This document shows positions 52,716 to 64,000 of a stretch of DNA of 64,000 nt, one piece after another. Every line of letters starts with the position of its first letter. The first letter of the stretch is position 1. The translations under genes were made by a program, and so were the position numbers. The notes under the pieces were generated by a model. The model was not told the origin of the DNA. It searched no databases and saw only the letters and a program-made list of their open reading frames with translations. The stretch comes from Octopus bimaculoides (lineage: Eukaryota): contig NC_068981.1 in the NCBI RefSeq assembly GCF_001194135.2, positions 101,481,957 to 101,545,956 of the forward strand, given 5' to 3'.

Positions 52716-52945
52716 AAGCTGGTAGAAACGTTAGCATGCCAGGCGAAATGCTTAGAGAGATTTCGTCTGCCGTTACGTTCTGAGTTCAAATTTCACCGAG
52801 GTCGACTTTGCCTTTTATCCTTTCAGGGTCGATAAATAAAGTACCTGTTACACATTGGGGTCGAGTTAATCGACTTAATCCCTTTGTCTGTCCTTGTTTG
52901 TCCCCTCTATGTTTAGCCCCTTGTGGGCAATAAAGAAATAAGAAA
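52716..52945 (+). mobile_element. SINE family B (core GTCGACTTTGCCTTTCATCCTTTCGGGGTCGATAAA, Nin/Deu-like from memory)
   Basis: Head GCTGGTAGAAACGTTAGCATGCCAGGCGAAATGC, B-box-like GAGTTCAAAT, tail AATAAAGAAATAAG. Many copies or fragments: 20604-20750, 25624-25840, 28540-29500 (minus), 47348-47565 (minus), 51310-51450, 52340-52530. Confidence 0.85.
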
Positions 52946-53908
52946 CTTTGTTATCAATATCATATTCGTTCAGGGACATTTTTTAGAGTGTTGTGTTTCT
53001 TCATACCAGAAATGTTCTTAGAAGAATTCTTAATTTTGTTTAATCCTGATTGAGCAAATTCTTGATTTAAGGTATTCCATCTCTGACCATCATGCATTTT
53101 TATTCTTTACATCTGGCATGTTGAGTGCCTTTAACAGAGTTCACTCAGTTGCAAGCATTTGAACTAGGTTTCCAGTTTGAGGATACCTTCCTCCCTCCCT
53201 TCCATCAGTTTTGAGGATGCTGTAAAGAATCATGGGTACTGACTTACCCCTGACTAAAAAAATAATTAAAAAGAAAGACAGACATAGTATCCTCCAAACT
53301 ACATTATCTAATGTGTCTTTCCTTTTTTAAAGACAATATTGTGTGAGTTTAGGAAGAATTAACTGCTGATTCTAGAAGGTTAAGCAGCTATGTAGAAGCT
53401 CCCTTACTGGTTTGATTTCATCTACATGTTATTATATTCAAATGTCTGTCTTAACCTAAATACTTTATTTATTGCATTCGATTATTTATTTGTTGATCTC
53501 CATAAGAATTTATGAACTTTTAAGAGAATATGAAATAATTCTTTTTTTTTGGCATAGTGGATCTTGAAGCATATAAGCTATAAATAATAGCATGTACATA
53601 TTGAGTTGAAAAACTATTTTGGATAGAAAAAGTCAATGGTAGCCTTGGACTTTTATCTAAAAGGATTTTTCGACCAATTATTAGCATACCATTTTTTTGT
53701 AACATATGTGCTTCGAGATTCACTATTTCAAAAAAGTGTTGTTTATATATGCATTTATTACATTTAGTTATATATTACTTATTGCATTCAGCTATATATT
53801 ATTTAGTGCATTCAATTAATGTTGACTGTAAGTTCACAAATAAGTACATATATTTTTTATGTGTTTGTTTGAATTTGGTTTTTGTCAGTCTTTTGATATT
53901 TCTTTCAG

Positions 53909-54028
53909 GTATGGTCTTCGCAGCTTCATTGTTCTCTCCCCAAAGTCTACTGCTGATATAATTGATATTGAAAGTCGTGCCAAGCTGTTACTCAGTTCTG
54001 TAAACATTGCTCTCGGAAACACTGGTTG
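53909..54028 (+). CDS. RAB3GAP1: RAB3GAP1 exon 6
   Basis: 120 nt. YGLRSFIVLSPKSTADIIDIESRAKLLLSSVNIALGNTG(C). Confidence 0.95.
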
Positions 54029-55129
54029 GTAAGTTAAAGTGTAAACTTGCCAGTTAAGAAAAGGCAAGATCTATGAAATCTATATTTTTATATGGAAAAG
54101 TAATTACTGCTGTTGTCATCATTGTCATTATCATTTGATACTGTTTTTGATGTCTTCATCTGTATTTTCATAATCATCCATTTTCATATTTGCATGCATT
54201 CTGTAGTGCTGCATTCTTATATATACTCATCCCACCACTCATATACAAATTATATATTTTTTGCATTGCCAGCATGGAAAAAGGCTGTCAAGTAACGATT
54301 ATAATGATATGTACTGTATATATTCCATCATTTAATGTCCACTTTTCTGTGCTTTCTTGGGCCAGATAGAATTTGTTGAGGCAGATTTCTATGTCCAGAT
54401 GCCCTTCCTGTCATCAGTCTTTACCTGTTTCTAAGGAAGGTAATATTTCCCCATACTTTGACATGCTTTTTACAGAAGACTGGAAATGAACATGTTACTT
54501 GTATGACAATGATGCTCATTTACAACCAGCACATGATGTCTAGACATGAGTATACACGCATACACACACACACACACATTTAAATATTAGGAAGCTTAGC
54601 TGTGAGTAAAAATGTAAATATGTAAACACATAACTTCTATGCTTTTGGTTTGTGGGGAAAAAGATGGGAGTCTCCTGATGTATTGTTTCATGGTTTGTTG
54701 ATTATTCTGAGAGAAGGTATGTCCAGTTTTCTTACCTAGTCAATAGGGTAGAATATTCAGCCTTAAGCTATCACCTTTGTGGATAGCTTAATCAGAAACA
54801 CTGATTTGGGAAAGAAACAGTGCATATTCTCTGAGGAGCAGTTAACAAACTGTTGAGATTCTTCAATTTTTTCCATGTGTCAAAAGCATAGAAGGAATGT
54901 GTTCTTAATTCTTTCACAGCTAGGTTATGTAATATTTAAATTTATTTCAGTCCTTCTGATTCATGCTGTTTTGTACATAAAATATATATTGCTTAATTAC
55001 TAATGGGCTTTCAAAACTACAAATATTGAAATTAAGCTATCCAGTATGGTGATAGCCTAATTTATGACTGCTTTATGAAGTAGCTAAATATTCTATGCAT
55101 CTTACGCATTAGTATTGTTGTTAGAATTA

Positions 55130-55167
<38 letters not shown>

Positions 55168-55493
55168 TGTGCATTTTCTCTGTGTTTACTTAATGTAGTA
55201 AAGTGTTCCTCTGAAGAACTGTTGTAGATTTATGTCAAAATGCAGTATAAACTCTCATTACAAAGGATGCAAATAGTCACAGTGGCAAAACGTACATAGG
55301 GAACAAATTGTATAAACTGTACCCCCTGTTTATCACACTTTTTCCTATACATATATTCATACAAATATATATGCATTTGTATATTGAATATTAATGCTTA
55401 CAATAACAGTAACAACATCAAAAGGATAATGACAACTGCCATAATTACTTGTTTAATACTTTAATGATTTTCATAATCATTGTTCTCTTTCAG

Positions 55494-55659
55494 CACTGTG
55501 CCCATGTTTGTACAGATACAGCAGAAATGGCGTCGACTGTATTTAGGTACAAGCGTGCTGCCTAATGCAACCATCTCATTTGATATGGCTCACTTGAAGA
55601 AATTACCAATGCAGTATAATCATTTAGCAGGCTTATTGGATGTGTTTAAATCTGAATTA
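55494..55659 (+). CDS. RAB3GAP1: RAB3GAP1 exon 7
   Basis: 166 nt. TVPMFVQIQQKWRRLYLG...AHLKKLPMQYNHLAGLLDVFKSEL. Confidence 0.95.
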
Positions 55660-56053
55660 GTAAGTTATTGCTTGTCTATGAGAATTTTGATCACATTTAT
55701 TAACTAGGATGCTTCTGACCACAGATCAGCTGAATGAGGGATGACTTGGAGCTAAATAGCTACAACAAAAACACTTCAGATTGTACACATAGCAAATAGT
55801 TATGATTATAGAATGCAAATATGTGACCCTTCAGCTATGGGAAGACATTATAATAATTTGCCAGGTGTTGTCCTCAGTAATTACATAAGGCATTTAAAAT
55901 TTCTTGTTACTAAATAATAACAAGGGGCTTAGTTTTTATAGTTTCAACATTCAAATCTCTTTGCGTCATATACCTTACAATACTGCTCTGTACTTTTGTA
56001 CTTTAATATCAGATTGGCTTTTATTTTCTTAACATTGTTTTATTTTAATCCAG

Positions 56054-56153
56054 GGTCATGCTATTAACCCATTACCTACAGTTGCTGTGTCAGTTCGTTT
56101 TACTTACATTCTTGAAGAATGGACACATTCTTTGTGGCCTCAGACTCCTCCAG
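56054..56153 (+). CDS. RAB3GAP1: RAB3GAP1 exon 8
   Basis: 100 nt. GHAINPLPTVAVSVRFTYILEEWTHSLWPQTPP. Confidence 0.95.
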
Positions 56154-56202
56154 GTTAGTAGATATAGTCTGTCTGTTTCTCCTCTTGCTCTTTCACCACA
56201 TA

Positions 56203-56825
56203 NNNNNNNNNNNNNNNNNNNNNNNNNNNNNNNNNNNNNNNNNNNNNNNNNNNNNNNNNNNNNNNNNNNNNNNNNNNNNNNNNNNNNNNNNNNNNNNNNN
56301 NNNNNNNNNNNNNNNNNNNNNNNNNNNNNNNNNNNNNNNNNNNNNNNNNNNNNNNNNNNNNNNNNNNNNNNNNNNNNNNNNNNNNNNNNNNNNNNNNNNN
56401 NNNNNNNNNNNNNNNNNNNNNNNNNNNNNNNNNNNNNNNNNNNNNNNNNNNNNNNNNNNNNNNNNNNNNNNNNNNNNNNNNNNNNNNNNNNNNNNNNNNN
56501 NNNNNNNNNNNNNNNNNNNNNNNNNNNNNNNNNNNNNNNNNNNNNNNNNNNNNNNNNNNNNNNNNNNNNNNNNNNNNNNNNNNNNNNNNNNNNNNNNNNN
56601 NNNNNNNNNNNNNNNNNNNNNNNNNNNNNNNNNNNNNNNNNNNNNNNNNNNNNNNNNNNNNNNNNNNNNNNNNNNNNNNNNNNNNNNNNNNNNNNNNNNN
56701 NNNNNNNNNNNNNNNNNNNNNNNNNNNNNNNNNNNNNNNNNNNNNNNNNNNNNNNNNNNNNNNNNNNNNNNNNNNNNNNNNNNNNNNNNNNNNNNNNNNN
56801 NNNNNNNNNNNNNNNNNNNNNNNNN
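56203..56825. other. Assembly gap (N)
   Basis: Run of N in RAB3GAP1 intron 8. Other gaps at 16478-16487, 21349-21358, 21576-21585 and 61885-62301. Confidence 1.
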
Positions 56826-57121
56826 CAATATGCTAGAAAGAGGTCACCAACGACCCAACCACAAAGAAAAATAATGTTCTCCAGAAAAATTTCTTTGTGG
56901 TTGGGTCGTTGGTGACCTCTTTCTAGCATATTGGATGTCCACCTAGTGGTCATCCCTTATACACGTATATATATATATATATAATGTTATTGTCAGTAAA
57001 TATAACATAAAGCTGTGATGTTTTTTTGGTGATAAGTCTTTTTTCTTTTAAAATATCTATTCCTATCTCACATTACAAGATTATTTTATACTTTGGCTGT
57101 TTCCATCTCTGTTTCAATTAG

Positions 57122-57203
57122 ATTTTTCCATCATGGGAGATGAAGATGTTGGATGTAAAGGTTTCGGGATGCTACCATTTGGTGCTTGTGAAGATCCAGT
57201 CAA
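57122..57203 (+). CDS. RAB3GAP1: RAB3GAP1 exon 9
   Basis: 82 nt. (D)FSIMGDEDVGCKGFGMLPFGACEDPV. Confidence 0.95.
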
Positions 57204-57776
57204 GTATGTTATAGTCTTTTTTTTAACAGTTTGCAGACAATACTTGAATATGTTTGTTAATAACACTGTGTAACACTATTTGTTTATCCTTGGGTAGCAG
57301 CTGTTATTTCCTATTTGCTTACCCCTAGAAAGTATGGAAAATGGCTAATATTGCCTTCAAATTTCGTTTTTGTTACATTTATCCAAACCCCCATAGAATT
57401 CCTCTGTGGAATTTGAGCTCAGAACATGAAGATGGATGTAATGCAACTAAGCATTCCGCCTGGAGTACTAATGGTTCTGCCAGCTCGCTGCCTTCACGTA
57501 GATCAATAATAATAAGCAGTTGAACCATGACCGCACCATCTATTTTTTTATGCATAGTGTCTTTTATTTTAAAACCTGTAGGGTGTTCTTTAAGCGAGAT
57601 TAGGCTTGTATTTCTGACAAATCAAGAGGACCCCTTCCTCTTAGGTCTGGGGATGTAGTTTGGAATCAGGGTGAGCTACCTTCTGCTTTTGTTTAAGCAA
57701 TTAGTAAATATCTCTTGATTACCTTTAACGAAGTGTCAGCTTTTTTACCTATTCATACTTTAATTTTATTTTTCAG

Positions 57777-57845
57777 TGAGCTTCATCTTTCTTGTACTTG
57801 GCCATGTCTTTCAGAGAATATTATTGTTGAAAATCAAGTTTATAC
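57777..57845 (+). CDS. RAB3GAP1: RAB3GAP1 exon 10
   Basis: 69 nt. ELHLSCTWPCLSENIIVENQVY. Confidence 0.95.
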
Positions 57846-58099
57846 GTGAGTTGAAATATGCTTTTTAAATGTTTTTTTTTTATGAGATTAATTTAATTTT
57901 TTTTTTTTTCTAAAATATAATTTGAATTGAGTTGTCAGTCATTCTGATGTATGACTATCAACCTTAATGTCACTGGTCTGTATCTTCGCACTAATACTGT
58001 GCTGTGTCTCTTGAAAAAATGATCGTTTAAGTCTTTAAGATCACAACACAAATTCACTACAACACAATTTCTTTTCCTCAGTAGGTCCTACTCTATATT

Positions 58100-58255
58100 T
58101 AACATTGTCCCAAAACAAGTCAAAGTAGAAAAAGATCCCATCACCTTCAAATGAAACCCGGACAAATTTCTTTGAGGGATACCAGACAATCCACTTACAC
58201 ATGGATACATCTCTGCCAACAACAACTCCCTACTTGAATGGACCATGATACCACA
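58100..58255 (+). mobile_element. CR1/L2-type LINE C-terminal fragment
   Basis: Reads approximately FK*NPDKFL.GIPDNPLTHGYISANNNSLLEW, resembling the LDKFL..IPD.P C-terminal motif. Confidence 0.5.
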
Positions 58256-58623
58256 AAACTTGACTTAAAAATGTCTTAGCAGATCCTATCAGGTGGTGCT
58301 ATTAAGTTAGACATGGCCTGGGCCAATCTTTGATTGAAACATATCTAAATTGTCTATAGATATTATATGTAGGTACAACATATTGACATAAATAATGGAA
58401 GCACTGATAAGTAGAAAGTATTGTTCTCTCACACTGCTGAGATTATGTCTTTCTATAAGCAAGTCTGGGCTATTATAAAAACTTTACTTCAACCAGTTTT
58501 GCTGTCAATATAATGTCTTTTATATGAATGAATTAGGGTCTACAGATTATCAACAGTTTTTTGTGTGTCCATTACAAAATCTTTCATAACTCTTGGTGGT
58601 TTATTCAGTAATAGACTATGTAC

Positions 58624-59005
58624 CGGAGGCGCAATGGCCCAGTGGTTAGGGCAGTGGACTCGCGGTCATAGGATCGCGGTTTCGATTCTCAGACCGGGCG
58701 TTGTGAGTGTTTATTGAGCGAAAAGTCCTAAAGCTCCACGAGGCTCCGGCAGGGGATAGTGGCGAACCCTGCTGTATTCTTTCACCACAACTCACTCTAA
58801 CTTCCTGTTTCTGTTGTGCCTGTAATTCAAAGGGCCAGCCTTGTCACACTGTGTCATGCTGAATATCCCCGAGAACTACGTTAAGGGTACACGTGTCTGT
58901 GGAGTGCTCAGCCACTTGCATGTTAATTTCATGAGCAGGCTGTTCCGTTGATCGGATCAACTGGAACCCTCGTTGTCGTAAGCGATGGAGTGTCAACAAC
59001 AACAA
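58624..59005 (+). mobile_element. tRNA-derived SINE family A, full length with target-site duplication
   Basis: tRNA-like head GGCGCAATGGCCCAGTGGTTAG...GGTTTCGATTC and (CAA)n tail. 11-bp TSD AGACTATGTAC at 58613-58623 and 59006-59016. Confidence 0.9.
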
Positions 59006-59662
59006 AGACTATGTACTATGTTGTTGTTTAGCCTTAGGCTAATCCTAATAAAGCAGACCTATAATCAAAAGCATTCCTGCCATGACCACCAAGGCATCCT
59101 TTTTGGTAGTACAGAATGTATTCTAGGCCCCATGCTATATATTGTGTGTTTTTAAATATTAAGTGGATTCTGTCAGAGATTTGGCTGTTTGTTAGTCAAG
59201 TGTTCATGTAGAGGCTCCATATAAGAGCAGAAGAGTTCACTGTACTAAGCTTCAAAATTACTTATGCTTATTAGCTTATAGTACTGAGCTTGTTTTTTTT
59301 TTCATATATCTAACATGAGCGAAAGTTGGGTGATATGTTTTAGGTATATGTGTCATTTTATGTCTTCAGTTGTGTCGGGATTAATAAATCCAGGCAGATA
59401 TTTATAAAACACTCAGTTTTAAACAAATTTGGTTAACTATATCCAATAATCAGACACTATTAAATGTAAGTAAAATAATATCCAAGGTAATTCTTCATGT
59501 ATGACAAGTAAATTCAAATATTGTATAGAAGAATTTAAAGAAATTCATAGTATAAGACAACAAGAATAAGAACAGAGAAAATCACATCTTTAATTGGCAA
59601 TTACATCATACATTATCAACAATTGTTTCTATTGTGCCATTCTTCGTGTTAATATACATATA

Positions 59663-60070
59663 TCATCATCATCGTCGTTTAACGTCCGCTTTCCATGCTA
59701 GCATGGGTTGGACGATTTGACTGAGGACTGGTGAACCAGATGGCTGCACCAGGCTCCAATCTGATTTGGCAGAGTTTCTACAGCTGGATGCCCTTCCTAA
59801 CGCCAACCACTCAGAGAGTGTAGTGGGTGCATTTACATGCCACCGGTACGAAGGCCAGTCAGGCGGTACTGGCAACGGCCACGCTCAAAATGGTGTATTT
59901 TATGTGCCACCCGCACAAGAGCCAGTCCAGGGGCACTGGCAACGTTCTCGCTCGAAAGTCCTTACACATGCCGCGGGCACAAGTGCCAGAAAGGCAACGC
60001 TGGGCACAGGTGCCATCCTGCTTTCGCTTGCTCCAATAAGTCTTCGCAAGCTGAGTTTCGTGTCCAATGA
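59663..60070 (-). mobile_element. (GAT)n-tailed RTE-related retroposon (representative copy)
   Basis: Ends TTGGCGTTAGGAAGGGCATCC...CCATGCTAGCATGGAAAGCGGACGTTAAACGACGATGATGATG. Related pieces at about 1690-1900, 15971-16030, 32870-33137, 33945-34110, 36060-36155, 48400-48600, 54330-54560 and 60495-60620. Confidence 0.8.
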
Positions 60071-60073
60071 AGG

Positions 60074-60104
<31 letters not shown>

Positions 60105-60204
60105 TAAATATAAATAAAGTGTATCTTTAACAAATAACATTGTATGCTATTCTTCAAACAGAAAATTTGTATATTTGTTATATAATGCGATATATTTATT
60201 GTAG

Positions 60205-60278
60205 GGATCTTGACCCCCTCCAAGCCCCTCAATGGTCAGTTCGAATCACAATGACTGAGGACCCACAGTGTCTGCTAC
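60205..60278 (+). CDS. RAB3GAP1: RAB3GAP1 exon 11
   Basis: 74 nt. DLDPLQAPQWSVRITMTEDPQCLL. Confidence 0.95.
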
Positions 60279-60984
60279 GTAAGTTAAGTTTTTCTCCCTT
60301 TAGATTTATACATATTACTAATGTGTGATTGGTAAATGATTTGATAATGTAAGTTGGTGTTGTGTGTACCTAACTATTCATATTTAGATATTATATGTGT
60401 ATATAAAATACCTACATAACTAGATATATCAACACGTGCATAGTTATTGGTGCTTGTACCAATGTTGTATGTGTGTGCGTGTTTATATACACATCATCAT
60501 CATCATCATCATCGTTCAATATCCACTTTTCCATGCTTGCATGGGTCAGATGGAATTTGCTGAGGCAGATTTTCTATAATCACTTGTGTTGCCCTTCCTG
60601 TCACCAACCCTAACCTTCCAACTATCACATGATCACATGATGTGGGTATACATACATAGAAATACATACCCATACACACACACACACTCATATAAGTAAT
60701 GTAACAACACATGTGTTGTTGGTGATTTCTTTTCCTTCTTTGGACTTTTCCCTTTCTCTTTCTGACAAAGAGCTATGCTCGAAACATCAAACTCTCTTTT
60801 TTCACTGAGTGTCATGTTAATACATTCCTTGTGCACATTCTCTTGTTGTCCGTTAATTTTATTCATTTATTTGAATTGACTATATATATTGTATAAAGGA
60901 TCGTGGGTAAGGCCGGAACAGGGCAAAGTAAATGCAAGGCAAGTCACAAGAAAACAAATATATGAATTAATGTAGACTTACCTT

Positions 60985-61650
60985 GTATTCAATATTTCAG
61001 GGTTATGACCCCGTTTTCAAGAAATTAACATATGTTGCCAATGTGCGTGTGTGTGAACATGTGTGGAGTGGACATGCGCAGAAAGGTGTTGCTATAGTAA
61101 CCAGCTAGCTTCCTGTAACTCTCTTCTTTTGTAGATCTTAGGTTTCTTTTGGTGTGTGTGTGAGGTGGCCTCAGATTCTAAGGTTGCCCCTGTTCCGCTG
61201 TATTGCCTTGATGTGCACTGTGAATTCCTGGGTCTGGCATTTCCATAGATGTTTCTTCACGGAAGTGTCTGCCTGCATGTGTTCCTTTATAAGTTTATGC
61301 AGTTTTCTTGTTGTGCTTCCTATATAGGATGCGCCACATTTGCCACAGATGATCTCGTAGACACCATAAGTCCTCTGGCACAATTCAGGGTCATTGATGG
61401 GGCAGTTCGATAATGTGCACACCTCAGAGTAGTGAGAGGTGTTGTTCTTGGACAGAACTTTTCTCAGGGAAGGGCTGGTGTGCACTATCTGTATGTGAAG
61501 TCCTTCCCTGCGGACTGCGTATCAACGCCAAGCAGTTTCTCAGAGACCTAACCCTGAATGGCTACCCACCATCTTTAGCTAAACATTGGCGCCTAAAGAA
61601 CATCAAGGTCAATAAACCCCGGAAGAACCATCATACTCCCAAGTCTAGCA
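60985..61650 (-). mobile_element. Penelope-like element: GIY-YIG endonuclease plus 3' UTR (minus), with an inverted RT-thumb fragment (plus, 61513-61650)
   Basis: VYEIICGKCGASYIGSTTRKLHKLIKEH (GIY-YIG) on the minus strand. LRDLTLNGYPP (NGYP motif) on the plus strand. Confidence 0.85.
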
Positions 61651-61884
61651 TGGATGCCAATCATGCGGTGCTGTCATCGAATTCAATTCTGATTTCACTT
61701 GCCTCAACAGGTCTTCACAAGCAGAGTTTAATGTCCAATGAAAGAAAGGTATGCCAAAATAGGTTGGTCACACCACTGGCATAGGCCACAGGTTATGGTC
61801 TCACTTGGCTTGCCGGGTCTTCTCAAGCACAGCATATTTCCAAAGGTCTTGGTTACTAGTCATAGTTAGCCACTAGTTATATAT

Positions 61885-62301
61885 NNNNNNNNNNNNNNNN
61901 NNNNNNNNNNNNNNNNNNNNNNNNNNNNNNNNNNNNNNNNNNNNNNNNNNNNNNNNNNNNNNNNNNNNNNNNNNNNNNNNNNNNNNNNNNNNNNNNNNNN
62001 NNNNNNNNNNNNNNNNNNNNNNNNNNNNNNNNNNNNNNNNNNNNNNNNNNNNNNNNNNNNNNNNNNNNNNNNNNNNNNNNNNNNNNNNNNNNNNNNNNNN
62101 NNNNNNNNNNNNNNNNNNNNNNNNNNNNNNNNNNNNNNNNNNNNNNNNNNNNNNNNNNNNNNNNNNNNNNNNNNNNNNNNNNNNNNNNNNNNNNNNNNNN
62201 NNNNNNNNNNNNNNNNNNNNNNNNNNNNNNNNNNNNNNNNNNNNNNNNNNNNNNNNNNNNNNNNNNNNNNNNNNNNNNNNNNNNNNNNNNNNNNNNNNNN
62301 N
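61885..62301. other. Assembly gap (N)
   Basis: Run of N flanked by (TA)n in RAB3GAP1 intron 11. Confidence 1.
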
Positions 62302-62547
62302 TATATATAATTTATTTGTGTGTAACAAAAAGTTATCACCATATTCATATAGAAATATCTTCCCTCTATTGCTGCTGCTACTACCACTACTACTACTATT
62401 GAGAAATATAAAATTGAACAAATTTACAAAGTAAAATCTACTTAAGGGTAGAAAGAATTTCCTGGAATTGTTTTAGCAATGTAAAGTGTAATTATTGTGT
62501 TTGATCTAAATTCACAATTTTCTTTTCTTTCTTTTATATTTGTTCAG

Positions 62548-62631
62548 ATGATTACCTAGAAGATTTCATCTTTTTGTGTCACAACAAAAGTGCTATGAAA
62601 GAAGTATTTACACCAGATGATGATCCTCTTG
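62548..62631 (+). CDS. RAB3GAP1: RAB3GAP1 exon 12 (gene continues beyond the window)
   Basis: tgttcag|AT GAT...CTT G|gtagtt. 84 nt, phase 1 to 1. (H)DYLEDFIFLCHNKSAMKEVFTPDDDPL, compare DFVTEFFKICRRKESTDEIL. Confidence 0.8.
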
Positions 62632-64000
62632 GTAGTTAAAGTTTTCTGATACTTTGATTTTTTTTTCACATGTTATAGATGTATTTGAATTGTTGGTGGT
62701 TGTTTTGTTGTACTTTTCTTTGTTGAATGCATAAATTCAGTTTAATCTTTAAATGAAATTAAGTTACCGTATTTGATTGCATAAAAGAAACATAGACATA
62801 TTAGATGCACCCCCCCAATTTCAGCAGTGCATATACAGGAAAAATATTTTATTTTTTTAGTGCATTAAAGCATTACAGCCCAACTTTACATATAGGACCA
62901 CATGTATTTTTTTTTTGAGACTTTATTTGGAATCTAAACAACAACAAAAAATCTGAAGTACTATTTTATCTTTCTGTTGAAGTTGCCAGCTTCAACAGTG
63001 CTCTTGCCATATTGTATAGTAGCTACAACAAAAAGAAATAGCATACAAAATCCTAAGTATATCATTCACTCACTATATGCAGCAATAACTAAAGAACATA
63101 TGCCATGTAGTCGCAGAACAAAAAGAAACTGAACATACCAGAATGTAGTACAGACAACTTTTAAAATATTCCCTTACGAATTAAAAAATAGAAAACTGTG
63201 TTAAATGGCCTTCATATAGCCTATACTGCCATCAAATATGGTCATATGTTGTTGTTGGCACTCCGTCGCTTACGACGTCGACGGTTCCAGTTGATCCGAT
63301 CAACAGAACAGCCTGCTCGTGAAATTAACGTGCAAGTGGCTGAGCACTCCACATATGGTAATATAACTAAGCTTTTTCAAGCAATTGACTTTTATTTTAA
63401 TGGAATAGTAATGTTCTGTTTGTCAAATAACAGAGAATAACAAATCAATCTGGTGAAAAGTCTGGACACCATTCAAGTTGGTTCTTATCAACAGTTTACC
63501 CACATTTCAATCTTTACTAAACTTGGAGTTAGTCTTAACCTTATATTATATCTATGCAGAATATTATATGCGTCTCTATATATGTGTGTGCATGCAAATG
63601 TATGAAAATGAATGAACGAGTGATGCAATTATTTCCATTTGTTAGTCACATGTGCCATTTTCTATGTATACTTGTGAATTGCTTTACTTTCTGTTTATGT
63701 TTTATGTATGCTGTGAATGTTGTGGAGATACTGTTATATGGACTGTTAGATATGTAATTCGTCTGACGTTCCGTGTGTCATGTGGTTCGTCTGAGTTCAT
63801 TGTTTCATTGTTGTTGTCTTGTGGGACTGTCGTAGTAAAAGGTCATTGATATATATATGGCGGACATGACTTTTGTTTATTCATAACGAACATTGGGTGA
63901 GTGCGTTCTTTGTATGTAATTGAACAATAAATGTAATAATTAAATTGTATAACTCGTTATGTTATCTCTGCGAGTCAGTCCGAGGGAAACATAACAGATA

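Noticed and set aside
56058-56953. ORFs of 211-287 aa (and 173-182 aa at 61866-62421)
   Set aside because: Made of X residues spanning N gaps.
58624-58700. tRNA-like sequences at SINE heads
   Set aside because: A/B-box heads of SINEs without a complete cloverleaf; not tRNA genes.

Overview
AT-rich, intron-rich animal genomic DNA. The SINE/LINE families, (TA)n/(CA)n tracts and gene structures suggest an octopus (coleoid cephalopod); this is inference, not a database result. Three spliced protein-coding genes could be rebuilt by hand with consistent GT-AG boundaries and phases. (1) The 3' three coding exons of an ATG8-family gene, GABARAPL2-like (+, 2343-7969). (2) A complete GNPTG, GlcNAc-1-phosphotransferase gamma subunit (-, ATG at 40408; best model has 10 exons ending at 19308, with an alternative read-through stop at 25443). 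(3) The first 12 coding exons of RAB3GAP1 (+, ATG at 45185, continuing past the window). GNPTG and RAB3GAP1 are head-to-head. About 3.6 kb of the 4.8 kb between their start codons is a stack of decayed transposons: pogo-like, a probable solo LTR, Ty3/Gypsy and a CRE/NeSL-like RLE retrotransposon. The rest is introns or intergenic DNA with tRNA-type SINEs, RTE/Tx1/CR1 LINE and Penelope remnants, hAT, piggyBac-like and Tc1-like MITEs, two large foldback elements, microsatellites and five N gaps. Almost all ORFs in the supplied track are spurious or only partly overlap real exons. I found no clear evidence for a wholly new multi-gene system. The best leads are the hidden GNPTG terminal exons, the dsRNA-forming structures around GNPTG exon 8, the transposon stack in the divergent promoter, and the Penelope hammerhead-like motifs.
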